Assembly (NCBI GenBank): GCA_040437565.1
Contig: JBDOQK010000019.1
Location: 186,001-250,000 of the forward strand
Reading direction: 5' to 3'
DNA: 64,000 nucleotides
Source of the DNA: Albugo candida
Lineage: Eukaryota
The stretch's first letter is position 1; every line of letters begins with the position of its first letter. Of this stretch, positions 1-11,762 are shown piece by piece. A model generated the notes under the pieces. That model made no database searches, was not told where the DNA came from, and was given only the letters and a program-made list of their open reading frames with translations. The position numbers were made by a program, and so were the translations under genes.

Positions 1-7
1 GATATTC

Positions 8-3000
8 ATGAAGCGTATGAATGCGCTTGCTGCCGAAAGCAGCAAGAGTTATGTCTACGAGTATCTCGAAAAACGAGGACTGACATCAAAGAGAAAATTC
101 TTAGGCTCCGACGGAGACCACACAAAAACTAGGATGCCGCGGCATACCGATACCAACCAGCGACTCGGTCAGGTACAACAGGATGCGGCAACCACTGTGC
201 AGAAAGTGTATCGCGGATATCAAACACGTAATCGATTTCAAAGTGCACGAAAATGCGAGTTTGAAGAACAAGCTTCAATGGACGAAGCCTCATTATTGGA
301 GGCTGATCAGCATTTGCACATACTCTTTCGACATTTCACATCCAGAGATTTCAGAATGCTGAGCGAAGAACTGGATGCGAGCTTGGCCCATTTTCCCCAT
401 GATCAGCAGGAACCATTTACGAAGAAACAAGTGACATATATTCTGCGCAAGATAAGGCATTTGACCCTGGAACCTAGCCAGATTCAGGTTTTGATCAATT
501 TTTTCAGCTCGAAACACTCGGATTGCGTCGCAGTCAAAGCCCTTTTTCATTTTATAATCTCTGCCCAAGCGCCTTGGACCTTCTCAGCAGTGAATAATGC
601 TGCATTCAGTGAGTGCATCTCAATGCTGGATACGATCGTATTGAATATTCCTCGGATCATTGATATCTTTGAGAAATCTGGGGATTTCAAGCGGAAGGGT
701 GTCATCACAGTTGGTCGATTCCGTGAAGTTTTACGTCGAATTAGTCTCACCAATGATTCGATCAGATCCATCAGCTTCCAGACGCTCTTATTTCTGACAG
801 ACAGCGGTGCTGGTACTCACTTCCTTTATAACGCAATACTAGAATGCATTTTCAACTCTAATGCAACCAAAAAGGTTATGGTGAGTCTGCACCGATTACG
901 AGCGTTTGGAATACTTGAGCTACGTCAACAGCTCTATACGGATTCACCGATGGATGGAATGCTCACACTTGAGCATTTCAGCCGGATTCTCATGCAAAAC
1001 ATGACAAATGATGATCCACCACGTCCAGCATTCCTATCTACCGATGCTGCAAATTTTTTCTCGCTTCACTCGACTCGATTGGAAGAGGGGATCTCCATTG
1101 AATCATTAATTGCCGTATTGGAGCAAGCACTCAAGTCAGAAAGCATTCGTGAGGCATGTGAAAGTCATCTCACGTACTCCTTGCCACAAGTCCAAGCAAT
1201 ATGCCAAAATGCTGTTGGCTTATTCCGTCTGAAAAAGTCGAAAATCCTGGAGCGCTTTGAACGATTTGATTGGAATCGCCGCGGAATCGTCAGTTTGCTC
1301 GAGTTCCGATACATTCTATCGGAAGAATTGACAAGCGGAGATGTACCGTGTACGGGAATGCCATTTGCTTTGTTTCTGAACAAAAAGCAGATCAAAGTGC
1401 AAATTGCCAAACATTTTGGTAAAAGAGTGAAAGAAAAGTTTGGAATTGACTATCGGCAATTTGTTGACTGGATTCAGTATAGAGGTGGACATCTTGGCCT
1501 CCCACCAGAAGAGATTTTACGATGCAATGCTGACGAGATGGATGTTATTGAGACTCGTTTAAGAGCGTATACTCAGAGCTCAAAACAGGAATCAAAAGCG
1601 AGCGACATATTGGGCTCTTGGAGGCGAACATTTTTGATCGCAGACCCGGCGAACGTCGGGTACCTGACGAGGTCTTTATTTGCACAATGTTCAGCAGAAT
1701 TGCAGCTTCCTGTTGATCAACAAGAATTACGTCTTATTTTGTACTTTTACGATCGATTCGCACGTGACGAAATTAGATATGAAAAGTTTCTGCAACTCGA
1801 TTGGCGTGAAGGAGTGAAAGAAGAAATGTATGCCGGTGCAAAAGTCGTGGGTCCTAGTTTTAATTCGACGGAAATGATGGCGAAAGAAGATTCACGGGTA
1901 CGATTGGATGCCTCGATGTTGATGCTTGAGCTCAGAACACTCTTACTGGACATGGCTCCTTCCATTCTGAAACAGCGACTAGAGGAAATTCAGGGGCAAT
2001 CGAATGATACAGAGTCGTTACTATGCTCTAAAGTGGCATTTGTAAAGTGGATGCAATTCTTAGGTAGGTCACTATCTCCTTGCGAGGTGCATACCATTTT
2101 TGAGCTTTACAGACACGAAAAAAAACTGGTCGAGGATGAACTATTAGACTTGCATGGCTTTCTCACCGAAGTATTAGGCTATGATCCTTTCGTTAGAACA
2201 CTTGGAACCGTGAATATGCAAAGGGACATTTCGGGAGTGGTATTGGACAGAATGATGGCCTTGTTTCAGAAAAGACCGGACTTGAAAACAAGTAGAAAAG
2301 ATTTGGAGCTGTTTGAGCAGTTCTTAGAAGAAAACCATGTTGAATCGATCTCTATGTCACAGATATGGAATTATAAGAGGTGCTCTGAGAAATTTAAAGA
2401 GCGTTTACAGGAATGGACGCGATTGATGCACATATCGGAATTACGTGGAGCTGATTTTGCGACTGTCAAGCTGGAGACAATCTCTCTGCATAAGCTGTGT
2501 CGTTTTCTCAGAGAAACATATCATCATGAAGAGAAGATATCTCCGTTGCCGTATGAAGACTTCAAAAGCTCACCTTCGATTGGTCCAGCGACGGACGTTC
2601 CCTTGAACCTGCAACCAGATAATCCATTATTGCGTAGTCTTGCAAAGCTGATAGAGGCGAAAGAAATCGATGGAGACGATCTCTTTAATGATTTCGAAAC
2701 GATTGATACAACTCACACAGGATGCGTCTGCGCTACAGACTTTCGCGATGTGCTCCTACGAGCCGGACTCACCCGCTATCTTTCTGACATGTTGCCACAG
2801 AATCAACTCTCAACTTTTGATAATGCAATGGGTGTTTTTGTTCGTCAATATCGCCTCCCTGAGCAACAAGGAGACATGATACAATACGTGGTATTGTTAC
2901 ATCATGCGCTGTATCCAAACTTTGTGAATCCAAAGCTGTGGGGTCCTCTACAGGCACAAGTGCGTCTCCGGTCATTTCTTCGCCAAAAAGCTGGCTTACT

Positions 3001-3565
3001 AGGTCCAATACTTGACTACCAAGATGATGATTCACTCTACGGGAAGCTTGATAACGCATTTTACCACTTGGATTTGGCACGGAAAGGATATCTTACTATT
3101 GACGACCTCGAAAGTGGTATGGAGGCACTGCTTGAGATTGTTGATACGCAAGCAACGTATCTGGTAAATCAAAAAATGGGACTTTTCAGAAATTATAAAA
3201 GCAGCGGCAGGATCTCACGAATGGAGTTCGATGCTTTTGTGATGGACCCACGCGCAGAAGATCTTCTTCAGCGGCTGACGAATCAGTTGTGCAGCTTTGA
3301 CGAAAACTTCAATTTTCTCGAGCAATCATGCAAAGCTTTTGATGCTAAAATATGGGATTTAAATGATTCGGGTTTGATCCCAACCGCCGATTTTTGCAAA
3401 ATACTCACTGGATCATTGCCGAAAGGAGAAGTATTGCGTCCATTTGATCACACTCGACTTGAGCATTTATTTGATACTCGGCGTACTCGAGTTATCGCTT
3501 ACAAATTGTTCCTTAACGTCATTTACCAATATCGTCAAAACGGAGCAGCCTCGTACACAATTTGA
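8..3565 (+). CDS. Large IQ-motif / multi-EF-hand calcium-binding protein (possibly 5'-truncated by the window edge)
   Basis: 1185-aa ORF. IQ-like motif AATTVQKVYRGYQTR. Repeated EF-hand-like loops (FDWNRRGIVSLLEF, ADPANVGYLT, IDTTHTGCVCATDF, LDLARKGYLTIDDL, WDLNDSGLIPTADF). The frame is open upstream of the ATG at 8. Confidence 0.75.
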   Translation: MKRMNALAAESSKSYVYEYLEKRGLTSKRKFLGSDGDHTKTRMPRHTDTNQRLGQVQQDAATTVQKVYRGYQTRNRFQSARKCEFEEQASMDEASLLEADQHLHILFRHFTSRDFRMLSEELDASLAHFPHDQQEPFTKKQVTYILRKIRHLTLEPSQIQVLINFFSSKHSDCVAVKALFHFIISAQAPWTFSAVNNAAFSECISMLDTIVLNIPRIIDIFEKSGDFKRKGVITVGRFREVLRRISLTNDSIRSISFQTLLFLTDSGAGTHFLYNAILECIFNSNATKKVMVSLHRLRAFGILELRQQLYTDSPMDGMLTLEHFSRILMQNMTNDDPPRPAFLSTDAANFFSLHSTRLEEGISIESLIAVLEQALKSESIREACESHLTYSLPQVQAICQNAVGLFRLKKSKILERFERFDWNRRGIVSLLEFRYILSEELTSGDVPCTGMPFALFLNKKQIKVQIAKHFGKRVKEKFGIDYRQFVDWIQYRGGHLGLPPEEILRCNADEMDVIETRLRAYTQSSKQESKASDILGSWRRTFLIADPANVGYLTRSLFAQCSAELQLPVDQQELRLILYFYDRFARDEIRYEKFLQLDWREGVKEEMYAGAKVVGPSFNSTEMMAKEDSRVRLDASMLMLELRTLLLDMAPSILKQRLEEIQGQSNDTESLLCSKVAFVKWMQFLGRSLSPCEVHTIFELYRHEKKLVEDELLDLHGFLTEVLGYDPFVRTLGTVNMQRDISGVVLDRMMALFQKRPDLKTSRKDLELFEQFLEENHVESISMSQIWNYKRCSEKFKERLQEWTRLMHISELRGADFATVKLETISLHKLCRFLRETYHHEEKISPLPYEDFKSSPSIGPATDVPLNLQPDNPLLRSLAKLIEAKEIDGDDLFNDFETIDTTHTGCVCATDFRDVLLRAGLTRYLSDMLPQNQLSTFDNAMGVFVRQYRLPEQQGDMIQYVVLLHHALYPNFVNPKLWGPLQAQVRLRSFLRQKAGLLGPILDYQDDDSLYGKLDNAFYHLDLARKGYLTIDDLESGMEALLEIVDTQATYLVNQKMGLFRNYKSSGRISRMEFDAFVMDPRAEDLLQRLTNQLCSFDENFNFLEQSCKAFDAKIWDLNDSGLIPTADFCKILTGSLPKGEVLRPFDHTRLEHLFDTRRTRVIAYKLFLNVIYQYRQNGAASYTI

Positions 3566-4234
3566 CCTGAGCAATTTGGAGCTTACTTCTCGCGGAATCG
3601 CAGCTTTCAAATTGGATGATTGTTTCTGCTCGACTTGAGCCCCTATAACGAATCAATATCAAAATAATTGATGCCACATATGTCTGATTGCTGCATTCTC
3701 TAAATCTGCTCCAATGCGTTCAGTTATAAATCAACATTTTGTTGTATACCCGCTCGCTCACCTCCCGTTCTTTTCCTTTGTTCCCGTAAACAATATGTTA
3801 TTGATCAGAAGACTTTGGCAAAGAAGATCAATTAAACAAGTTTTGATCTCTCTTATGGCTATGCGTAAAATTCAAACATTAGGTAAATTACTTCCTCATC
3901 GTTGCACGCATGTGGACCAAAGCGGTAGGTGCTGGTGAACGGCATTAATACACAGGCGCTAAAAAAGTGCCATTCCCAAGCAGGTGCTGTTTGAAGATCG
4001 AACTTGTCTCTATATGACACTAGCGCATTACTAAATGAACTTTGCAAGTATCTACTCATCTCGAGCAAATTGTCCCGTAAACAAGAACCTGGCATTTTTA
4101 GTCACGAGGTGTATAAGGCAGTAAAGGCTACTACACAATCCTTTAAGGAGCTGCCAAGCGCAATTATTCTCGCTTTATGTCAAATAAACCTATCGCTTTG
4201 CTAAAGTACGGATGCTTAAGTTACAAAATCACAA

Positions 4235-5459
4235 ATGGACCGAACATGCGAATTTGTTAGCATTTGCATCTTATTCGACACTGGTAGCAAACCACAACAG
4301 ATACATAAACCGCTCTCGAATGCATCACGATGGTCCGAGCAGATTGCGGATCAGATGCGACAAAACGAACAACTTCTAGTTGAGTTTGAAGAGCTTGTCA
4401 ACACCAAGAACTTTAGCGGTGGCACGATCACGACACAAATTGCAACTCTGATTGACATATTGAAGAAAGATCTAAAAAGTATTGACGAGAATATCCTACA
4501 GTTTCAACAGAATATGAAACAACAGTCAGGAAAGCATCCTCAGCACTACCAGGCGCATTTTAGTGTCGTCGCATCCCTGCTGAAGACCCGGTGTGCGAAA
4601 AGCGCTAAAAGATTTCATGTGAGGCAGCAAGGTTCACTACCAGCCCTTTTTTATACTGAGAGGTTTCGATAGGCTGCATTACAACGGCATACGGAGATGA
4701 TAAAGGCACAGAGCACTCGGAGAAGTCGATTTTCACATTCAGGGACAAGTCCAGTTGTTCGGATAAACACACCGCTGTTCTCTCGTCCAAATACTTCCTC
4801 GATGGGAGACACTCCCAACAAACATATGGGACAGATTATTCCGACTACAGCGAATTCTTCTAGCGCGAGTAGGTTCTGATCAGGTTGCTTAGGTCGATTC
4901 AGCATTTACAATTGCTATCTGTACGCAGACACGATAGATGTATCCTCTACAGAAGACCTCAAATCAGGACTTCGTCGACGAGGTCAAGTAGAGCATTCCG
5001 AGAAATCCTTATTCAGCGTTGACCCTTCCAGTGGTTCATCGGCGAAGCAATCGATGCAAATATACACTCGTCGGAATGACTCACAAACTAGATACCAGAA
5101 TGCATCACAAGTGGAGAGCACAATAGTCGAAGTAGGTTTCTTGCTCTAAATTGGAGCAAAACATAAACTTCACAGTGCATCCGAATAGATATCTGGAATG
5201 TACTCTCGGATGGCAAACTTGGTGGCTGAACAAGGGGAACTGTTGACACGGATTGACGATAATATGGAAACTGCGTAAGTTCTCTCTCGCGTTTACGATT
5301 TGACTTCATTATGAATTTTTACTTAGCCAGCAAAATGTTGAATCTGCCCAAGGAGAACTGCTCAAACTGTATCACATGGTCTCAGGAAATCGAAGTTTGA
5401 TCATAAAGATCTTCATCGTCTTGATTCTAGTGATTATTCTGTTTGTTGTGGTCTTTTAA
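4235..5459 (+). CDS. STX5: Syntaxin-5 / Sed5-like Qa-SNARE, 5 exons
   Basis: N-terminal MDRTCEF (Sly1-binding DRTxEF motif). GT-AG introns 4619-4672, 4869-4928, 5132-5188 and 5275-5326 give the SNARE motif VESTIVEISGMYSRMANLVAEQGELLTRIDDNM and a C-terminal TM NRSLIIKIFIVLILVIILFVVVF*. Confidence 0.9.
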
Positions 5460-5556
5460 AGCATCTTAATTCTGCTCAATATAGTAAACTATTTTCGTTC
5501 TCAGAACTATTTCGAGTACAAAGCCTGGAGTACACGAACGAGGTTTGGAGAAGCAA

Positions 5557-7425
5557 ATGCTCTCGCAAACTTGGAGTCATGGAAGCATGGATCAAAAATT
5601 CGTCGATACAAAATTGCACGACTCACGCCAAAGCGAATGCAAGTTTTTCGCAGGTATAGTCGCTGCTTTCTTGGAGGTACAGCAAATTGTATGCAAGCAA
5701 GGGAAAGAAGACATCACTTTGATGAATAAGCAGCTTGAGAATGCCCGAGAAGCTATGCAAACGACTATGCTACATGACGCAATACGTTTCATAATTAGTA
5801 GAGATGAACAACAGGCGCTACACGAGACAGTACAAATGCAAAATGAAGAGAAGCTTCAGCGCGTACGCGAGCTCTTTGCTGAAAAAGCTATCAGTAGACG
5901 CTTTGAAGCTAAATTGAAAGAAATAGAATTGGCAACGACGCATAGAATGGATGAAATCTTGAAAAAATCGAGTCAGAGGAAGCTTGAAAATGAACATCTT
6001 AAGTCAAGGATAATAGCATTAGAGAAGGAGATACGTATCAAAGAAGATGAATTGGCAGAGTCCCATTTCAAACTCGACTTGGAGGAGAAAAACGCTTCCG
6101 AGAAATCAATTATGCAGCAAGCGGATTGGGACGCTGAAAAAAGTTCTCTCGAGGCGATCAACAAGGAACTGACTCAAGTGCAAAGCGATTCGCTTGCACA
6201 AGGCAAGTGTATGCAAATGTCAACGGATAGGTCCGATTCGGATGCGCAAGACTTACTTTACAAAAAATCTCTGGAGCTGATTGATCAAGGGGAGAAGAAT
6301 ATAGCGATGTCAGCAAAACTACGAGCTATAAAGCAGTTACATCAAACATTGCGTCGCGATGTCGAGCAAGCTCGATTGGTGCTGTTACAGAGTATAAACT
6401 CAAGCACTGATTTCGATACAAGCGTGTATCAACATGTCAAACTGGAGGAACTACTACGAATACGTTTACAAAATGTTGATCTAGAACGTCCTTCTCCTAC
6501 ATTATCGTTTGCGAAGGAAGAATTGAAGACTCCTGAGATGGTAGGGATGGAAAAGAAAGAAATTATGGATACATCATGCACTTACCTCCCACACGTTCAT
6601 CCATTCTCGGTTATTGATACATCAGGAAAAGGGACCCGACTGGAAAGAGAGGTTCAGATACTTCGTAGTCGCTGCAAGCGCTCACTGGAAGGTAAAGAGA
6701 AAGCAGAACTCGAACTTGAAAGAGCAGTCATGAAGCTGGACGCCTTGCAGGGTATAAAGGAGAAGTTTTCGATGATATCAACCCGCGATCAAAATCGTAA
6801 AGAAGTTCGAATCAACATGGAATCGCAACTGAAAGAATCGAATTACAAGTTAGTGGCATTGTCTCAACATACGGAGAAGTTGATGCTGCATATAAAACTA
6901 GAGGCTATCGCCAAAGCGAAGGTGTTGGAGTCACTGAAATCGTTAAAGAAAGAACATCAAGAGCTTGTACAAGCCCATACAAGACTACAGCAAGACTACC
7001 ACACGCAGAGTAAGACAGTAAATGTCACTATGGAGGAATCGCAGCTCCTGAGAGATCAATTGTATTTGATGGATCAAAAAGTTGCTGAAATGGGCCATAA
7101 AATGGACTGGGTTCGCTCTTCTACGCAGAAAGAACTGAAGCGTGCACATCAGGAAGCAGACGCTTTACGGACAAAACTAGTTCCTGGATCCGAGTCTCCA
7201 GAAATGCAGCCAATTACTGGTATTACCTCACGAACGGATGCAAGTATAGGAAGTCCTACACAGCGCGCGACAGCCGATAGTATCAAGACTCATGGTCGGC
7301 GTGGCTATACACAAAAATTAATTGATAAGGACACGAATGTGACCTCGAGAAGGTTTGAGCGTTCTGAGAAAAGGTATGCTCTTGGTAAGAGTCACAATGG
7401 AGTGGCAAAGTTATCAAAGATTTAG
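5557..7425 (+). CDS. Uncharacterised long coiled-coil protein
   Basis: ~620-aa uninterrupted ORF, rich in E/K/Q/L with heptad-like composition. First in-frame ATG is at 5557. Confidence 0.7.
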   Translation: MLSQTWSHGSMDQKFVDTKLHDSRQSECKFFAGIVAAFLEVQQIVCKQGKEDITLMNKQLENAREAMQTTMLHDAIRFIISRDEQQALHETVQMQNEEKLQRVRELFAEKAISRRFEAKLKEIELATTHRMDEILKKSSQRKLENEHLKSRIIALEKEIRIKEDELAESHFKLDLEEKNASEKSIMQQADWDAEKSSLEAINKELTQVQSDSLAQGKCMQMSTDRSDSDAQDLLYKKSLELIDQGEKNIAMSAKLRAIKQLHQTLRRDVEQARLVLLQSINSSTDFDTSVYQHVKLEELLRIRLQNVDLERPSPTLSFAKEELKTPEMVGMEKKEIMDTSCTYLPHVHPFSVIDTSGKGTRLEREVQILRSRCKRSLEGKEKAELELERAVMKLDALQGIKEKFSMISTRDQNRKEVRINMESQLKESNYKLVALSQHTEKLMLHIKLEAIAKAKVLESLKSLKKEHQELVQAHTRLQQDYHTQSKTVNVTMEESQLLRDQLYLMDQKVAEMGHKMDWVRSSTQKELKRAHQEADALRTKLVPGSESPEMQPITGITSRTDASIGSPTQRATADSIKTHGRRGYTQKLIDKDTNVTSRRFERSEKRYALGKSHNGVAKLSKI

Positions 7426-8064
7426 TCGACTGAAAATCACAGGCCCTAGCGATGCTCAAACGTTTAGTGCGTTATTGATTACCTCAGTTTCATTAGCGAT
7501 TTAACCCGAGTCGATTGCATGGTATACGATACAAACGAACATCATGCACGTGGGATTCAGGTCAGATTTGCGATCAAAGTAGCCGGTGCACTAGAGAAAA
7601 TCTTAACGAGGTCTCATGTTATTAAAGCGCCAATGCTTTGGGCGCATCAGAAAAGGGTGCACCTTCCAAGAGCATCCAATCCAATACATTGCAAGTGGAA
7701 TCATTCTATAGCATTCTTCGGTCCGTTACGGACTCTAAATCTTAAATGTCCGAATGGCTCCTATTGAGCGATTCTCACATCACATCGTTTTTTCTCTCAA
7801 CATTAGCTACAAATATTTTTTCTGGCTTTTCCCAACTGAATACTGCATGCGACATCGGAAATATGAAGTAGAATAGTGCTGGAAGGGAGAAAGGACATAA
7901 TAAACCCACTTTGTAAAGGTGCTGTTTTTTTATGCATACGAAATATTAAATCGTAAAGTTGTGCGTGCATCATTTGCCTTTCCACTCCATTCCTAATTAT
8001 AGCGACTTAACACCCAGTGACGATCGTAAATCCTATCCTTCTTGTGGTATCCCAGTGTACAGAA

Positions 8065-11000
8065 ATGGTGCCAAGAGAAGCTATTATGAACACAACCATT
8101 TGCTCTGCTGGTGAGCAGTCTCAACATGATAGGAATTTCTCAGCTTGTCGGACATCTTCTGAGGAATCACGCACTTGGTTAGGTTCTGCCGTTGATGCTT
8201 TCATCGGGTGCCTGACGGCCAGAGCAAGAGGAACTAAATCATCGGCCCCGTCAGGAAAGGATTTAGAGCAAAATCCTACTGCACCGGCCAAGTCATTTAG
8301 CTCAACGATGGATGCATTGGAATTACAAATGTGGAGAACAAGACAAGAAGCATTTTGGAAACTGGTATCGCGTTTGGTGCAGCTCAATGATGTCTCATTG
8401 ATAGTTTGTGCGGTATTGGATCATCTGGAAGAATTTTTTCAATGCGCGTCCTGTGCGTTGTTTCTGATGGATAGCAATCAAAGCAAAATGTGTCGAATAT
8501 CAAAACGAGCAATGCTAGATGAGGAAGTTTCATTTTTAGCTGATATTCCGAGAATAAGCGGTTTGGTGGCCGAGAGTATACAGAATGGTATGTCGGTGCA
8601 GCTGGTAGATTTTGAGCTATCTGAAGCGTATGATGCAAGCGTTGATTTACCACAGGATTTTCCTGGGCAAAGCTTGGTAACTGCAGCGCTGTCTGCCAAT
8701 GGACTAATGTATGCAGCAATACAGCTGACAAGTAGAAAAAGTATCCTCACAGGAAGAGATGATGGATTACAAGCCGTGGAAAATAATTGGAAAGGATGGG
8801 AGATGGAATTGCTAAGCTGGCTCGGATCTATTTTGGATTCTTGCATAAGACGAACTATTGAATTTCAGGACATTTCACTATCGGAGCGTACTCAAAATGC
8901 TCTCTTGCATATTTCAAGCTCATCTGATACTGAAGGCACTATTTTGGATTTGATCGAAGGAGTCATCTCGGGTGCATCTCATATAACAAAAGCTGAACGG
9001 ATATCCTTGTACATGATCGACTGGGAAGCACGACAGTTATGGACCCTAGCTTCCTCACATCATGGTGATAACATACGTGTTTCTCTGGATAATAGTATCT
9101 TGGGATCCGCTGCCACAGCAATGAAAATCATTAATATCAACGATCAGAATAAATATGATCGCTTTTCGAAGTATGACGATAGTTGCTCTGGAATAGATGT
9201 ACATGGTGCGCTTTATGTACCGATTGGTATCCATGAAAGTGTGCGAAGCTTTGATAAGGAGGAAATTCTTGGTGTACTTGAGATCCTGAACAAAGATGGG
9301 GGAGAAGAATTCACTTTAGACGATGAGTACGCGTTTGAAGCCTTTGCGTGTGAGGTTGCTGTGATCTTAAGACGTAAGAGAAGCGAGATCGATTGCATAA
9401 AATTACTGACCGGTACGCAACACGGGAAAAAGCTGACCCGACGTAGAAGGAGCCAAATCGACTTGCTAGAATGCTTTACGAGCTATCCTAGCACACTCAG
9501 GCGTAAAATGACGGATCATGTAAGACAATCATTCATGGAAGTCCGTTCTGCTTCTTGTGGGGCTGAAGACCTGGATGGAACGGATGATGATTTGCAATCG
9601 AAGAATTCAATCGGTCACTACTTTGAGGAAAAATCACCACGTCAACAGGAAGGATCTACTTGTGACAGCTGTACCGGGCAAAATAGATCTATAAAAGCGA
9701 TTCCCGGATGGGAATTTAATGTTTTTACAGTAGAAGCCGACCACCTTCTTGATTATGCACATCATATGTGTATGGCATTGGGCATGGACAAAAAGTTACG
9801 CATTGATTCGGATACAATCTGGAATTTCATACATGCCGTGAAAAAGCATTACCATCCAAACCCATACCATAACTTTCTTCACGCAGTTGGAGTGCTTCAT
9901 GCTACGTATATGATTCTGACGACGACGCAGGCTACAAATTTGCTGACGTCTCTGGATATTGTGGGATGCCTTATTGCAGCGCTTTGCCACGATATAGATC
10001 ATCCTGGGCACTCTAACGCGTACGAGGTCATGGCTGGAACGCAACTGGCAATGCTGTATTCCGATGAGTCTGTTCTCGAGTATCATCATGCGTACACAAC
10101 CTTTCGTCTTCTGACAAAAGTAGATGAAATTAACGTTTTGAAGAATTTGAATCCTANNNNNNNNNNNNNNNNNNNNNNNNNNNNNNNNNNNNNNNNNNNN
10201 NNNNNNNNNNNNNNNNNNNNNNNNNNNNNNNNNNNNNNNNNNNNNNNNNNNNNNNNATATGGCGAACCATTTCAATTTGTGTGAGAAATTGGACAAACTG
10301 CTGCATCCAAATTCTGGACGCAAGTCTTCTTTCACGCAGCATACGCAAAGAGAACCACCGCTGAAATCGCGTTCAAGCTGCTCAAGCATGTTGATATCTC
10401 GAGTCGAGGCTAGCAAGAAAGCATTCGTACAGGCAGATTTGAACATTGTAGCCTCGAAAACAAATAGGATAGACCGGAATCACAGCACGCAAATCATCAA
10501 TGCTATACGGGTAGCAGTGTATCAAACCGATTTCAGCAAAAGTAGAACCATTCCGGAAGGGCTCGAAACAAAAGTCCGAAATCGTGCCTCTACTCCTCCT
10601 CAACCATCCATGGCAGAGACGGGATCACGTCAAGCTGAAGCGTCTAGCAGCCTAGACGAGCGCGTTTTTCCACGGCGATTTCCGCAAGGCAACTCCCTTG
10701 ACGATAGGCTTTTTCTTATCAAGACGATCGTGCATGCCAGTGACTTATCTGGACAGATTTATACCAAGCCCGTGGCATTAAAATGGAGCAATCTCATCGC
10801 AAAAGAATTTGCAAATCAAGCATTGATGGAAACAGCGGAGAATATGCCCATCTCGTATATTCATCTTGACGATCCCGTGGAAATGGTAGAAGGTCAATTA
10901 TTCTTCCTGCAAAAATTGGTGTCACCCTTATGGCTGCTGATGCAGCAAATATTCCCAGAGCTCGAAGTTTGCAATATGAATTTGGCACAAAATCTTTCAC

Positions 11001-11584
11001 ATTACGAGCACGAGTTGAAACGATTAAGATCGTGTAAAAATCAATCACCTAGCAGCTCTCAGAGTAAAGAGGTTAGATCGGACGCTGAGCCAATCCGAAC
11101 AGAATCAACGTCAATGTTTACCGACAAATCTGCTGCTAAAGTGGATGACATTGAATGTCCGATCGAAGATTTCGGGAAAGAAATGATGAATGATGAAGCC
11201 ATGAATGACGCTCTCTCGATCACAACTTTCGATGTTCGAGCGAGTCATATCAATACGGGGACGGAGGGCCTTGCAGTCGCTGGGGTGGTGAAATCCACAC
11301 CCGCAAGATTTAATTCGTTCCTTCTTCCACATCCGTTGACAGATTTGCAAGCGTCAGGATGCTGTCACACCAACATGAGCCGAGATGTCGATAAAATGGA
11401 CCAAAACTGGACTTCACCAAATTCTATGAGAACAGAGGGGTCCAAGGAGATCCTGCATCATAATATGCTGGAATGCGATGCGCGTAGTCGGCTCAATAGC
11501 TCATTCTCGTCCCGATCGTCGATATCGTCGATATCTGAAGGTTCCGTCGAAGAAATGTCGGAACGAGATATCGAAAGTATTTGA
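8065..11584 (+). CDS. GAF-GAF class I cyclic-nucleotide phosphodiesterase, interrupted by a 100-N gap at 10156-10255
   Basis: Two GAF-like segments (e.g. GVLEILNKDGGEEFTLDDE, the NKxxFxxDE motif). Catalytic motifs PYHNFLHA, HDIDHPG and SVLEYHH before the gap; DMANHF, HASDLS and EFANQ after it. Confidence 0.9.
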
Positions 11585-11762
11585 TACAAGAGCCCTTGTA
11601 TCACCGCAAATTCAGAAGCAACATACAAGCAATCACTCTTTTGCAATAAACGTGGTAGTCATGAAGCGAACGACTGTCAATGAGAGTCCTAATCGGCCAT
11701 CAGCGAGCCTGAATCAATTTTTGATCCTCACCGGAAGTATGTGGTAGACTTTACTAGATAAA

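Noticed and set aside
8017-11584. Two separate ORFs or a frameshifted PDE
   Set aside because: The frame change is caused by the arbitrary 100-N gap; catalytic motifs continue in order across it.
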